DNA of 64,000 nucleotides, taken from contig NC_045697.1 in the NCBI RefSeq assembly GCF_009834535.1, positions 94,552,001 through 94,616,000 on the forward strand, written 5' to 3'. The stretch is from Camelus ferus (taxonomy: Eukaryota). How positions within the stretch are numbered: the first letter of the stretch is position 1; every line of letters begins with the position of its first letter. Both the position numbers and the translations under genes were made by a program. Shown in pieces: positions 62,285 to 64,000 of this stretch. Below the pieces are notes generated by a model, which did no database searches, was not told the DNA's origin, and was given only the letters and a program-made list of their open reading frames with translations.

Positions 62285-62767
62285 ATTTTGTTAATGTAAT
62301 TGACATAAAGCTATATGCAAATTTAAGGTGTACAATGTGCTGATTTAATACACTTTTCTATTACAAAATAGTTACTAGCAGCATTAGCTAATATCTGCTT
62401 CACCTCACCTAATTACTATTTCATTTTTGTGGTGACAACTTACAAGATGTATTTTCATAGCAACTTTGAAGTGTATAATACAATGTTGTGAGTCATAACC
62501 GCCTTGCTGTATATTGACAGAATTTGTCCATCATATAACTAGAAGTTTATACTCTTTGATCAACATCTGCCCTTGCCCCCAACCCCCATGCTCCTGGTAA
62601 TGACCATTCTACTCTCTGTTTCTGTGAGTTTGGTTTTTTGAGATTCCACATATGAGTGATATCCTGTAGTATTTATGTTTCTCTGTTTTACTTACTTCAC
62701 TTAGTATAATGCCCCAAGGTCTATCCATGTTGTTGCAAATGGCAGGATGTCTCCTTCTTTAGCATGG

Positions 62768-62812
<45 letters not shown>

Positions 62813-63365
62813 TGTGTGTTTATCACATTTTCTTTATCTATTCATCCATTGAAAGACACTTAGGTTGTTTCCGTATCTTGGCTATTGTGAATAATGCTAC
62901 CTTGAACATAAGAGTGTAGATATCTCTTTGATCTGTCCTCATTTCCTTTGGATATATATCCAGAAGTAGAATTGCTGAATCATATGGTAATTCTATTTTT
63001 AATTTTTTGAGGGTCCTCCATACTGTTTTCCATAGTAGCTGCACAAATTTACATTCATACCAACATTTACAAAAATTTCCTTTTCTCCACATCTTCACTG
63101 ATACTTATCTCCTGTGTTTTTGATGATAGCGAACCTAACATGGGTGACGTGCTAGCTTATTGTGGCTTTGATTTGCATTTCCCTGGTGAATAATGATGAC
63201 GAGCACCTCTTCCTGCACCTGTTGGCCATTTATATGTCTGCTTTGGAAAAATGTCTTTTTGGGTCTTCTACTCATTTTTCAATTGGATTTTTTGTTTTTT
63301 GGCTATTGAGCTGTATGAGTTCTTTATTTATTTTGGATATTAATCCCTTATAAGATCTGTGATTT
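62285..63365 (-). mobile_element. L1MA-like 3' end with ORF2 C-terminal relic
   Basis: ORF 62838-63098(-) ...[31 protein letters not shown]...MFKVALFTIAKIRKQPKC is the L1 ORF2p C-terminus; 3' UTR TTTAAGGTGTACAATGTG. Confidence 0.93.
62770..62818. repeat. (TG)n microsatellite, about 21 pure units
   Basis: Read directly. Confidence 0.97.
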
Positions 63366-64000
63366 TCAGCTCTGTAATAGTATTCATGAGAAAATTAAAC
63401 CTTAGATACAGCATGTGATTCTAAACTTGAAAATTAGTATATCTTTTATTGTATAAGCCAACTAAATTTAAACTTCTATTTTTCTATTCAATGGCACTTA
63501 AGATTGTAACAAAAATACATTCTTTCAGGTACAAAATAATGTATTCCTTTGAGTAGTCCTTAAGCTTTAAATTTTAATGTGTTATTTACCCTTGATTTAA
63601 ATTTCAACTCACTTTCTGAGTCTAATGAGATGCATACAAAAGGCACCATCAATTTATATTAGAAATTCCCTAAATCCCTTTACACTGATTCCCAAAATAA
63701 GTAAAATCAGCCTCCCAGAGACAAAATGCTAATATTTATTGATGGCTACTGTCAGGAAATTAGAAAACAATGCATTCTAATTTTCATTTTAAAAATCACG
63801 GAAAGTAAAATGATGAGCATGCTGGTGTTATATTATTATATTATGCTAAAAAATTCCAAGAATATATTATTGGAACATTTTGTAAACACCAATCATTTTC
63901 AAACCAAATGCAGAAAAAGAATAACAAATTATCTGTAGAGAAAAATTATCTTAATATTTTCTTTTCCTAAGCTTCATATTTATTTAATACATAAGTAACA

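Noticed and set aside
62838..63098. 86-aa ORF with clear protein-like sequence
   Set aside because: It is a fragment of the L1 ORF2p C-terminus inside a truncated L1, not a gene.
1..64000. The ORFs in the supplied track as host protein-coding genes
   Set aside because: All are 60-132 aa, many start at non-ATG codons, most are low-complexity (F/L/I/K-rich) or overlap repeats, and none resembles a host protein I recognise. This is the pattern expected of chance ORFs.
1..64000. CRISPR array, tRNA/rRNA genes, CpG-island promoter, prokaryotic operon
   Set aside because: I saw no regularly spaced repeats, RNA-gene signatures or CpG island; the sequence is plainly methylated mammalian DNA.

Overview
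This window is AT-rich, strongly CpG-depleted eutherian genomic DNA. I found no CpG island, RNA gene, CRISPR array or recognisable host protein-coding exon, so it is probably a gene desert or the middle of a very large intron. About half of it is decayed interspersed repeats: L1 (L1M/ME/MC/MA-type and younger 3' ends), L2, MIR, MaLR/ERVL/ERV1 LTRs, Tigger1 and MER3. The only ORFs with recognisable homology are L1 ORF1p/ORF2p relics. The young L1 3' ends and the absence of Alu, Bov-tA/BovB, PRE-1 and CanSINE point to a cetartiodactyl, probably a camelid (inference). Repeat family names come from my recall of consensus sequences and most boundaries are approximate, so both need RepeatMasker/Dfam confirmation. 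The most notable unexplained structures are: (1) an 86%-identical 58-bp inverted repeat about 1 kb apart in otherwise unique DNA (28734-29829); (2) an ~84-bp piggyBac-like MITE with TTAA duplication inside an L1MC (24179-24270); (3) an old 133-bp-period tandem duplication (54593-54830); (4) several motif-dense, repeat-free blocks that look like conserved enhancers. I cannot support a claim of a new protein-coding system here.
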